Program-made: the position numbers and the translations under genes
Notes under the pieces: generated by a model
What the model was told of the DNA's origin: nothing
The model's database searches: none
What the model saw: the letters and a program-made list of their open reading frames with translations, nothing else
Source of the DNA: Ignavibacteriota bacterium
GTDB taxonomy: Bacteria; Bacteroidota; Ignavibacteria; UBA10030; CAVZMI01
Reading direction: 5' to 3'
Length of the DNA: 64,000 nt
Assembly: GCA_963776275.1 (NCBI GenBank)
Contig: CAVZMI010000028.1
Coordinates: 1 to 64,000, forward strand
Shown: positions 43,432-53,294 of the stretch, piece after piece
Numbering within the stretch: the first letter of the stretch is position 1
Layout: the number at the start of each line of letters is the position of its first letter

Positions 43432-45879
43432 CTACCAGACAAAATTCATTTGTTTTAAGTGATTCTCTACTGTGGTGGTCAGTTCATCTACTTCACCGCT
43501 CAGTTTTGGTAGAGGTGTTTCGTAACGTTCAGCCAGTTCCTTAATACGCTGAGTTAGCCGGTGACTTATGTTATCCATTTCAGTGCGGATGCGCTGTTCC
43601 ATACTGTGCATCCATTTTTTATCTACCACAATGGTTTTTATCTCTTCAATACTCAGTACCGGGTATTTAGCAATTACTTTCTTCTCCAAATTCGACATGG
43701 CTGCCTTTATTTTAGTTTGTATTACGGATTCATCATCCATCAACTTTTTATAAGTATGCAGCATATCATATTCTTCCGCATTATCAGCATCCTTATTCCC
43801 TAACTCTTTTATAGTATCCTGTAAGTTTTTTTTGCTAATCTTCTGCTTGTCGTCTATGGCACTAAATAGTAAACCGTCTTCCCCTACATGTTCCTCCCGC
43901 AATTCAGACATTTTAATGTTAAGAGTCTCAGCTTCTGCTTCTAATGCGTCAATGCCTTTTTGCTCTTCAGTAAAATACTCTGGAATAATTAAGGTAGGCG
44001 GTATCAATCTTCCTTCAAGCCCTTCAATACCAGCTATATCTTTGCCTTCACCCTTTTCTTCTTTTTTGACTTTTCTTTTCAATCGTTTTACATCATTACC
44101 TGCCTTCCATCCATCGGCTGCCAGTTCATACATATCGTCCTGCATGGTTTCTGCCCAATAATCCATCAGGTGTTGGTACATTGAATATTTGTCGGTCAAT
44201 TGTTTGTTTGTATAATATTTCAATAAGTTTTCAGAAATAACTTGTATTTCCTTTTTTGGATGTAACCCTTTGTCCAACGCCTTGGTGTAGGATGTAGTTT
44301 CGACTTTCCATTTGGCAAACACAGCATCCATCTGTCTGCTGAAAGCGATAAACTCCGGATGCTGAAAAATAGTTTTTTTTATTTCATCCTTTGCAATTCG
44401 TAAGACAGAATAATTGGATCGTTGACTTGCCTCAAATAAGATGTTCCTCAACGATGGATACACTTTCCAATAATTGCCCAAATCATCAATATCACGAGTG
44501 GGGATATCACCCAGCAAATGAGCTTCAATATCCTGTAAGTCTTCCGCTTCCTGGCTATCAATGTATCTCGGAATGTTCAGGTTATAATCGTTTTTAGAAT
44601 CTGCAATCTCCGATATAGAAATGATTTGGGAATATTTTTCAATTTCGATTCGGTTATTGAAAGTGTCAACAATCTTATGAATGTCCTGCTCACGAAGTCG
44701 GTTTTTATTACCATCTTTGATAAAACCTTTACTCGCATCAATCATGAAAATATCTTTGCGGTTTCCGGCATCTTCTTTATCAATAACGATTAAACTAGCT
44801 GCGATGCCGGTTCCATAAAACAAGTTGGGGGGCAAACCGATAATACCTTTGATATAACCTCTTAAAATGATTTTTTTACGTATGTCGGCTTCGGCATTAC
44901 CGCGGAACAACACGCCTAAGGGCAAAACGATGCAAGCCTTGCCTTTTGATTTTATGGATTTGATTAAATGAAGAAGAAAGGCATAATCACCATTCCTTTT
45001 AGGTGGAATGTTATCATATCCTTCAAAGCGTTTGTAAATATCATTGTCGGGGTCCCAACCATTCCTCCATGACTTGTAACTGAAAGGTGGATTTGCCACA
45101 GCATAATCAAATTGTTCTAACTCTCCTGTTGTATCATTAGTAAATTCGGGCTTGGCTAATGTATTACCTTGCCTGATATCCGAGGTAGGGTTTCCATGTA
45201 GCCACATATTCATCACTGCCAAAGCTCGGGTGGCATTGTCATTTTCCTGTCCGTATATAGTAATACTGTAAGGTGCTTCGTTTGCTGCTTTCAACAGCAA
45301 CGAACCCGACCCGCACGTAGGATCATAAATTGTTTCCGATTGTCTTTTAGATTTTTCAATGCTAATCACCTTGGCCATGACGCGAGAAACCTCGGCAGGT
45401 GTATAGAATTGACCTTTACTTTTGCCGCTCTCAGTCGCAAAGTTTCGCATTAGATATTCATAGGCATCACCAAGAAGATCATCTCCCTCTGCGCGGTTAC
45501 TACTGAAATCCAATTCAGGCTTTTCAAATATTTCTATAAGGTTACTGAGTTTATCAACCTTGTCTTTCCCCTTCCCAAGTTTTTCATCATCGTTAAAATC
45601 TGCAACAGTTATTACACCAGTCAGTCCGTTAGCTTTTGCAAGTTCTCCAATAATCTTATTGATCTTATCTCCAATATCTGACTGTCCTTTAAGATTAACC
45701 ATATCTTTGAAACTGCCGCCTTCGGGAATTTCAACCAATGCTCCGCCCTTGTCGGATACGTATTTCATAAACAATAAAACCAATACATAATCTTTGTATT
45801 GGCTTGCATCCATGCTACCACGTAATTCATCACAACTTGCCCATAATGAGCTATAGAGTTCAGATTTCTTGATTGCCAT
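43432..45879 (-). CDS. hsdM: Type I R-M methyltransferase subunit (N6-adenine)
   Basis: GQFYTP, YDPTCGSG, ANPPF, GVLFRG, NLFYGT. Confidence 0.96.
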   Translation of the reverse strand: MAIKKSELYSSLWASCDELRGSMDASQYKDYVLVLLFMKYVSDKGGALVEIPEGGSFKDMVNLKGQSDIGDKINKIIGELAKANGLTGVITVADFNDDEKLGKGKDKVDKLSNLIEIFEKPELDFSSNRAEGDDLLGDAYEYLMRNFATESGKSKGQFYTPAEVSRVMAKVISIEKSKRQSETIYDPTCGSGSLLLKAANEAPYSITIYGQENDNATRALAVMNMWLHGNPTSDIRQGNTLAKPEFTNDTTGELEQFDYAVANPPFSYKSWRNGWDPDNDIYKRFEGYDNIPPKRNGDYAFLLHLIKSIKSKGKACIVLPLGVLFRGNAEADIRKKIILRGYIKGIIGLPPNLFYGTGIAASLIVIDKEDAGNRKDIFMIDASKGFIKDGNKNRLREQDIHKIVDTFNNRIEIEKYSQIISISEIADSKNDYNLNIPRYIDSQEAEDLQDIEAHLLGDIPTRDIDDLGNYWKVYPSLRNILFEASQRSNYSVLRIAKDEIKKTIFQHPEFIAFSRQMDAVFAKWKVETTSYTKALDKGLHPKKEIQVISENLLKYYTNKQLTDKYSMYQHLMDYWAETMQDDMYELAADGWKAGNDVKRLKRKVKKEEKGEGKDIAGIEGLEGRLIPPTLIIPEYFTEEQKGIDALEAEAETLNIKMSELREEHVGEDGLLFSAIDDKQKISKKNLQDTIKELGNKDADNAEEYDMLHTYKKLMDDESVIQTKIKAAMSNLEKKVIAKYPVLSIEEIKTIVVDKKWMHSMEQRIRTEMDNISHRLTQRIKELAERYETPLPKLSGEVDELTTTVENHLKQMNFVW

Positions 45880-46559
45880 AAGTATTTATTGAATTAATTT
45901 GAAATGACTTAGTTAACAATATTTTTCCCACATTTGTGAAATCAACCACCAATGGGAAATGTACCGTTTTTTTGCCATCCTTTTTGCGTGACTTCTTCGG
46001 TGCATGTAATAGGCTCACGAAGGCATTTGGTGATACCACCTGTCCGCCGTTTTTTTGGGCGGATTAATGGCTCACTGAGCCAATTCCTGCCTGACGGCAG
46101 GCAGGCGTTTCCAACGGGCATCCCGGCCTTTGCCAAGTGAAGCGATCTTCTTTTTTCGCTTTAAATCCTGTATTGAAAAGGGTTTTTCAAATTACGCCTC
46201 CTGCGTAACGCATAATGCGTAATTATTCTTGAATTATCAATTCGCGCCCATCTTCTTATATATTTATTGGGCCATGGAACCTTTGGGAAGTCAAAACGTA
46301 ACTAACTCAAAGTTAAGTCAGTAGAAAGAGAGAAACAAGGGGCAAGAGATGGAATTTTAGCAAAAATCCCCAGTGCACTACCAAACGCCGAGAATTAAGG
46401 ATGCTAACGCGTTGTCGAGGAGACAACGCACGACTATGATAAGAATAATTAGGATCAGCAAGTGATACTTACCGGGTACTCAGATTTCTCGAACAATTAC
46501 CCGAGATTCCACCGATAATGGCAAGTATGGTGGGGCGATTGCAGAAAAACGCGGTATTT

Positions 46560-47350
46560 ATGCTTTGAGGACGAAATAATCCGTTCCGCTATAGCGGAAC
46601 GAGACCTCGCCTGAAGGCGGGAATTTCGACCTACATTTGTCTCGCAGTATAGCCAGAACAATGTAGGTCGAATTTTCGGTTCGACCTTAAAGAGGACGAA
46701 ATATGGTTCGACAAGTTTACCCCGAGCTTGCCGAGGGGCTCACCACAAGTAATTTCGTCCTACATTTGTCATCCAGTAAAACAGTAACGATGTAGGTCGG
46801 GTTGTGGTTCGGCAAGCTTGTCCCGAGTATATCGAGGGGCCTGCCCCGAGCCTGCTTGCCGTGAGCCTTCGGCCCGAGACCTCGGCGAGCTCGGTCGAGC
46901 CGCTCAGGCCGAGGGCTTGTCGAACGGTCGAGGGGCTCACCACAGGCTAACCCGACCATCATTGATGGACGGGATAGTCCGTTCCGCTATCCTGTCCTGA
47001 GCCCTGGGTCGAGCTTGTCTGCCGTGAGTTCACCGAACGGTCGAGACCTTGTCGAGGGAAGCGGAACGAGACCTCGCCTAAAGGCGGGCATCCCGTCCTA
47101 CATTTGTCACTATGGAGTACTAACATTGTAGGTCGGGTAGTTTACCCGACCATCACCGGTGGACGGGAAGGCCAGCTTTGAGGACGAAATAAAATTTCGT
47201 CCTACATTTGATAACGATGATGTAGAGACATTGTAGGTCGGTTGTGGTTCGATAGGCCCGCCACGAAATTGTCAAGGGGTCGATGGATAGCAGCACGAGT
47301 CGAGGGGGCTTGTCCCGAGCGATCCGCCGGAGGCGGAGAGTCGAGGGATT
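46560..47350. repeat. REP mosaic (gaggacgaaat/cctacatttg/gtaggtcggg), left copy
   Basis: The core at 46691-47210 is directly repeated at 49890-50230 and carries extra nested inserts. Confidence 0.85.
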
Positions 47351-47483
47351 GATTCTGGTCGCCTATTTTCATTCTTTTCTCTAGAAGAAATATACCGAAT
47401 TCTACCTCTTTTTAACCCTATTTTAGTATACTAGTGTCTCGATTGGCACTCGACACAAGGCTCTGGAACGGCACAGCAATACA

Positions 47484-47513
47484 TTTGCTTTATAAAAGAT
47501 TGTGGTATATATT
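47484..47513 (+). promoter_or_regulatory. Putative sigma70 promoter of the AbiE operon
   Basis: TTGCTT followed by TATAT(A)TT at about 17-bp spacing, upstream of ATG 47557. Confidence 0.5.
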
Positions 47514-47556
47514 GATTGTACCACAAAGTTGAGATTGTCAAAAAGGTGATTAATTC

Positions 47557-48339
47557 ATGAACAAATACGCTGAAAAGAAAATCGAAAAACTAAAAACTGC
47601 CTTATCCCACAAGGATCATTTTTCAGTTGATGATGTCTGTGATGTGCTTGGATTAAGGAGGTCGACGGTGTTGTGGGTTCTAAGCAATCTATCAAGATCC
47701 GGACATATAGTCAGGCTTGGAAGAGGGATATATACATTCGATGAAAAAAGTCTCTCTTTCAGGGTTCCACATCTGAGTTATGAAATCTCAAAAGTGTTTG
47801 ACAAATTGAGAAATGAGGGTGTCTCGTTTATTTTAACGGGGATGGACATTCTGTTTCCATTTGTCCAACATCAGCCTGCGAGAGTGATGCATTTGATTTA
47901 TACAGCGACCGGTGCCGGAGTGTGGGCGCAATCGTTGCTGAAAGAATCCGATTTTATTCCCATATTGGAACCGACCCGGCAAGAAATTGAAAAAATACTT
48001 GAGATTGTTCCGGATCCTAAAGAACTAATCATCTTAAGAGAAAAATCAACTCAACTTGCTTCGAACAATTCATTAGCGACTCTTGAGAGGGCATTTGTTG
48101 ATCTATATGTCGAAGCCACACGGAATTTGATTCCATTCCCGGTACAAGAAGTAGCTTACATTTTTCTAAACATGAAAACTTCACTCTCCCTTAACATTTC
48201 ACAGATGCTGAGATATGCGCACGAGCGATCGATCAGAGATGAAATTCAGGAAATAGTTGATTCCAAGAAACGAGGCGAGTTATTTGAATCAGATAAACCT
48301 TCACAGAACTTTATACGAATTTTGGAGGCGATAGGTTAA
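47557..48339 (+). CDS. AbiEi-like type IV antitoxin (N-terminal wHTH)
   Basis: FSVDDV...LSNLSRSGHIVRLGRGIY wHTH; ATLERAFVDLY. Confidence 0.8.
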   Translation: MNKYAEKKIEKLKTALSHKDHFSVDDVCDVLGLRRSTVLWVLSNLSRSGHIVRLGRGIYTFDEKSLSFRVPHLSYEISKVFDKLRNEGVSFILTGMDILFPFVQHQPARVMHLIYTATGAGVWAQSLLKESDFIPILEPTRQEIEKILEIVPDPKELIILREKSTQLASNNSLATLERAFVDLYVEATRNLIPFPVQEVAYIFLNMKTSLSLNISQMLRYAHERSIRDEIQEIVDSKKRGELFESDKPSQNFIRILEAIG

Positions 48340-49544
48340 TGGTCAAATACGAAGCACTTATTCATGATCGTAAATACTTTGAGATTGAACATATCACCGA
48401 GCGCCAATCACAATACAATTTCACTCAGGCTGTGAAAGTTGAGACATTCCTATGGGATTTCGAGCTATATGGGCAATTACAACACCATCTTGGAAAGAAT
48501 ATTGTCCTGAAAGGTGGAACAGCCGCACAATTGTTCTTTCCTCCACAACAACAGAGAACGAGTGTGGATATTGATGTTGTTTATCTTGGCGATGAAGAAC
48601 TATTGTTGAATTCTTTCAAGTCAATTCACCAGGCCTTCGGTGGCGACGATCTTTATTTCAAGTTCAAGAAACACACTCCCTTAAAACCAAAGACAATACT
48701 TTCCATGGTTACGTACTTTTTTTCTGTACCTTCGGTTAGTATCGGGAAGACACCATTAAACATTAAAATAGATTTTCATTTGATGGAGCGGTTCGATCTC
48801 GAAACGATTGAAATCGAAATGGGAAGGGCCTTTGTCATTCCACTTGCGTTTAAACCCTTGTGTTTCTCTGCAGGGAGTCTGCTCGGTGACAAGTTGCTCA
48901 CACTTGCGCAAGGCAGTGTGGGGATCCCAATAGAAAGAGAAGACGATATTGTTAAACAGCTTTACGACATTGATTTGCTAAGTAGAATTGTAGATGTGAA
49001 AGACACTGATGTTATCAGGCATGCAATTAATGTCCTTTTTGAAAGGGAATTAAAAGCGAGAAATGAACAGGTTCAGTTTGAGATTGCGCTTCAACAAATA
49101 GTGGCACTATTGGAAAAATATTCTCATTTGGATTCACCTGGAAGCGAACGCACGGCGCGCGACGCAGTACATAATTTTAGGAGCAATTACGAGCCGAGAC
49201 CTTTCAGGAATTGGATCAATTGGGGGATTATTACGAAACGTCTGCAATTCTTAATAAAAGCATTTATAGAAAATCCTGAGGGTGCAATAGGGGTTTTAAA
49301 AGAAGCAGATCAAATCGAAAAACTACTCGTACTCGAAGGGAATGAACGAAGAGGGGTTATTCGTAAAGAATTGTCATCAGTATTCGTAGACATATTGAAT
49401 TCGGCGGGACAGAGTGATATTGCAAAAAGATTGAGGAATTCGAGTCCGGAGAGACTATTCTGGGAAGTGCTCAAGCCTTCTAATTTGAAGGAAACAAAGA
49501 ATCGAATTCTGGCAAACGTGCCTCCTGGACAAACAACAAAATAG
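48339..49544 (+). CDS. AbiEii-like nucleotidyltransferase toxin
   Basis: LKGGTA, RTSVDID, GDKLLTL, KQLYDI; TAATG coupling to the antitoxin gene. Confidence 0.85.
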   Translation: MVKYEALIHDRKYFEIEHITERQSQYNFTQAVKVETFLWDFELYGQLQHHLGKNIVLKGGTAAQLFFPPQQQRTSVDIDVVYLGDEELLLNSFKSIHQAFGGDDLYFKFKKHTPLKPKTILSMVTYFFSVPSVSIGKTPLNIKIDFHLMERFDLETIEIEMGRAFVIPLAFKPLCFSAGSLLGDKLLTLAQGSVGIPIEREDDIVKQLYDIDLLSRIVDVKDTDVIRHAINVLFERELKARNEQVQFEIALQQIVALLEKYSHLDSPGSERTARDAVHNFRSNYEPRPFRNWINWGIITKRLQFLIKAFIENPEGAIGVLKEADQIEKLLVLEGNERRGVIRKELSSVFVDILNSAGQSDIAKRLRNSSPERLFWEVLKPSNLKETKNRILANVPPGQTTK

Positions 49545-49889
49545 AATCCTGTTTTCACAACATTTCTGCACTTCACATATAGGTGCAGAAAAATAGAAGC
49601 AAGGGGAAAATGTACTTTTTATTATAATTATGCTAAAACATTACCCAGAAACTCAAATACAGTATAAAAAGGTGTATTACTTTATCGTTTTATAGCCTGT
49701 GATCTTCATACTTGACAAGCACCGTTGTAATGGTTTCGATATAACTAAATTAGCAGTATCTGGCAACTGAGAAGGTTTAAAAAGCGAAAAAAACAAAAAA
49801 ATTATTCCTTTTTGGGGTTCTAAATTTCTGCAATTTATATAAAGGTGCATAAAGAGAATCAAGGGGAAATAAGTAATTATCTACTCTTC

Positions 49890-50230
49890 GAGGACGAAAT
49901 GTGGTTCGACCCCTCGACTCGCTACGCTCGCTCGGGGCAGGCAAGCTCACCACAAGTAATTTCGACCTACATTTGTCATCCAGTAAAACAGTAACGATGT
50001 AGGTCGGGTTATGGTTCAGTTGGACTCACCACAGGCCAACCCGACCATCATTGGTGGACGGGACAGTCCGTTCCGCTATAGCGGAACGAGACCTCGCCTA
50101 AAGGCGGGCGTCCCGCCCTACATTTGTCACTATGGACTACTAACATTGTAGGTCGGGTAGTTTACCCGACCATCACCGGTGGACGGGAAGGCCAGCTTTG
50201 AGGACGAAATGAAATTTCGTCCTACATTTG
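49890..50230. repeat. REP mosaic, right copy
   Basis: Direct repeat of 46691-47210. Confidence 0.85.
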
Positions 50231-50312
50231 AATTCTCTATTGCTCGTTTTCCATGTTGTACGCTTCTAAATAATTCATTGCTTGTGCAAGATGGACGTCT
50301 TCGAGCCAAAAA

Positions 50313-51306
50313 TTATAACATCGTCTTCCTTAATTCCTCGTTTGATTTAATGGACAGATATTTAGGAGCTATGTCAAACACCGTCTGCGCGCCAACCACT
50401 CCTTCTTTTCTCAGCCTGTAGGCGGCTCTGGCGTATGCAGCCAGAACATTTCCCGTGAATTCAGGATTGCTTTCAAGCTTCAATGAGAACTCCATCAGAT
50501 GCTTGCTGCCGGAACCGGATTCCCCGATTGTGAGAACAAAACCGCCGTGAGGCATCTTCGAATGCTTGGCTCTCAATTCCTCCTGAGAAATAAATTTTAC
50601 AGTTGTGTCGTAGTCGGCAAAATAGTTCGGCATATTCTTAATCTCGGATTCGACTCTGCGCCTTTCCTCATCGGTATCATTCTCTAAAACAATATAGCAC
50701 AGCCGTGTGTGCTTCTCTCTTGCGGAAAGAACATAATTAAGCCCGGCCCTTACGGTGTTAATAGCGTTATCAATAGGAAGTGTGTATTGCCTTCCGTCCT
50801 TGACGCCTTTTACCTGCCTGATAGCATCAGAATGTCCCTGGCTGACGCCCGGACCCCAGAATGTATATGCCGTACCATCTGGCAAACAGGAATTCTGGAT
50901 AACCCTCAACATAGAAAATAATCCGGGATCCCATCCAGTAGAGATAATGGCAATATTATTGCCACGACGTGCAGCGTTATTAATGGCATCAAAATACTCG
51001 GGAATTTTTGCATGTGTGTCGTAACTGTCCACAATGTTGAAGTATTGAGCAAAATGCGGACACTTGCTCTGAAAGGTCGGTGGCGGAACCGCCGCATAAG
51101 ACAACCACATCTAAGGAACCGACAAGATCTTTTGCCTTATTAACATGAAAAACTTTTGTCGATGGAGAATGAGGAATTATTGTATCTGGATTTCTTCTGG
51201 TAAGAATTGCATCCATACTCATGTCGGAATTTTGCGCGACAGCCAGCTCGACTCCTTTGCCTACATTACCATAACCGACAATTCCGACCTTAATTTTTTG
51301 ATCCAT
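50313..51306 (-). CDS. ddh: meso-Diaminopimelate D-dehydrogenase (frameshift near 51060)
   Basis: GIVGYGNVG, LCGGSATDL, VDSYDTH, GWDPGLFS, FWGPGVSQGHSDAIR, NPEFT. Confidence 0.92.
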
Positions 51307-51424
51307 TAACTAGCTCCCAACCTTTCTAATGTCGTTTCAATATTGATTTTGAATTGTCAAATGTGGCTATCTTGATCAGTTATTGCCTTTTCTAATAGTA
51401 GATAAATCCTTGATGACAAAATCG

Positions 51425-51765
51425 ATATAACACCGCTGAGGTGAAAGACGATTTATGGTGCTGTGACCCATTTTTTAGATGAATAATTGTAGGGTCACTG
51501 CCACAGAGTACTCAGAGAACATTAAGGAAAGCCATTTTTGAGGTCACAGAGTAGAAATTCTTCTTTGTGTCCTCAAAAACTACTATTGTATTAGTACTTT
51601 GTGTCCTTTTGCGCCGGAGGCGCATGCGCCTTTGGCGCAGTGTTTACCCTCAACAGCCATTGAAAAAAGAAAAGCGGAATTGCTTATTAATTCCTTTCAA
51701 CGCACCCTAAATACTAAAGTACTCTCGGCTCGCCTGAAGACGAGCCTCCCGAGGGTGCGGCTACC
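51425..51765. repeat. Dispersed intergenic repeat copy plus a GTAG-type REP, between lysA and ddh
   Basis: Matches the 24800-25110 and 27840-28050 units; cgcaccct[insert]agggtgcggctac. Confidence 0.8.
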
Positions 51766-51856
51766 ACTTTCGATATATCGTCCCGTCTTCGTTTTGTGGT
51801 GAACTCTGATATGTTCTTTCAGAAGCACGGGGCTTTTCAAAAAGAAAGTGACACCA

Positions 51857-53212
51857 CTACCTTTCTAATTTTGTCTCAATATTGAATCTGTGCAGTATCT
51901 GATTTAAATCTTCAAAACCTCTGGAACACTGTATAAGTCTGCCCTTGTGCTCTAACATAACATTAGCCCTGCCTCTCATACAATAAGGAGAGGACATCAC
52001 ATCGCCATAGGCGCCTGTATCGAGAATACCTAGAACATCCCCCTCACTAATTGTAGGAATTTTCCTGGGATGATTCTGAGTAAAGGTATCGCCGGTTTCG
52101 CATACATTGCCGTCAATGGAATAAACTATTAGAGGTCCGTTTGGATTCGAGACGTTGATTATCTCATGATATGCATGGTAGAGTTTCGGCCGTATCAATG
52201 TTCCCATGCTTGCATCGGTATATGCATGGAGAATGCCGCTCTTCTCTTCGACGGTATTCACCTTTGTTAAAAGAATCGTTGAATCGCCGACAAGACTTCT
52301 GCCGGGCTCGATGATTAATTTATTTATCCTGACGCCCTTCTTTTCTATCTCTTCACCGATTATTCTGGCATACGTATTGAAAGGAAAAGACTTTTGAGAT
52401 TTTCTGTACCTGATGCCGGGGCCTCCGCCAACATCGAGATTCAGGTTTTTAAAACCATGCTCCTGTAATTCATTCATGACATCGAGAGTATTTTGCAGGG
52501 CGATACTGAAGCTATCAACGTCGTTCCCAAGCCAGCCGGAGCCGATATGGATGTGCAGGGTGTCGGGATTAAAACCATACTCGCGGGCACTCAAAAATGT
52601 ATTGATAATCTTATCCTGCTCGATGCCGAACTTTATAGGAACACCGCCCTCATTTTTTAAACCGGCGGTAATGACATCCGGATTATGGCCGGCACCGACA
52701 TTAGGATTCAACCTGATCGAAAGATGCAATCCATGAATATTCCATTCATCTCTGTGCTCTCCGAGTTTTTTAAGCTGAGAATTGGAATCGATGTTGATTT
52801 TATAATTACCGGACTTGACAAGCTTTTCAAGATCATCTTTTGAAACGGAGGTGCCTGTAAACATGATTTTTTGCCGGGGGATCCCACGCTGCTCCGCAAG
52901 GACGGCTTCATTAGGAGAGACAACATCCGCACCTAAATCAAGTAGTGCAATAAGATCGAGAATCTGAGGACAATAGTTTGCCTTGACGGCATAATTGATA
53001 TCGACAACACCATTATAGTATTTTGCAAATGCATCCCTGATGAGTCTGGCCTTATCTTCAATCCTTTTTCCATTCGTAAAATATAATGGTGTAGGATTGG
53101 ACTTTGCCAGCTCATCTAAATCGTAATCGTTAAACGAGCGAGACCAGACCTTGTCGTTTCTGACATCAAAACCCTTGAAAAACCACCAGAATTGCTTGTC
53201 GGCCATAAACAT
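51857..53212 (-). CDS. lysA: Diaminopimelate decarboxylase
   Basis: YAVKAN (PLP lysine), HIHIGS, DVGGG, IEPGR, GNVCETGD, GAYG; adjacent to ddh. Confidence 0.9.
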   Translation of the reverse strand: MFMADKQFWWFFKGFDVRNDKVWSRSFNDYDLDELAKSNPTPLYFTNGKRIEDKARLIRDAFAKYYNGVVDINYAVKANYCPQILDLIALLDLGADVVSPNEAVLAEQRGIPRQKIMFTGTSVSKDDLEKLVKSGNYKINIDSNSQLKKLGEHRDEWNIHGLHLSIRLNPNVGAGHNPDVITAGLKNEGGVPIKFGIEQDKIINTFLSAREYGFNPDTLHIHIGSGWLGNDVDSFSIALQNTLDVMNELQEHGFKNLNLDVGGGPGIRYRKSQKSFPFNTYARIIGEEIEKKGVRINKLIIEPGRSLVGDSTILLTKVNTVEEKSGILHAYTDASMGTLIRPKLYHAYHEIINVSNPNGPLIVYSIDGNVCETGDTFTQNHPRKIPTISEGDVLGILDTGAYGDVMSSPYCMRGRANVMLEHKGRLIQCSRGFEDLNQILHRFNIETKLER

Positions 53213-53294
53213 CCCTTAAAACAATAATATAGTAAATCACGACGATAGAGACAATCGAGGAAGATGTAACCTCATTTCGTTCTCTTTATTGGGG

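Noticed and set aside
45942-46260. Possible degraded ATPase gene upstream of hsdM (LKNPFQY-like fragment)
   Set aside because: Only a few residues of resemblance, with stops in the frames examined.
46560-47350. Possible CRISPR array (recurring cctacatttg / gtaggtcgg)
   Set aside because: Units alternate in orientation, spacing is irregular, the intervening sequences are themselves repeated, and there are no cas genes. A REP mosaic fits better.
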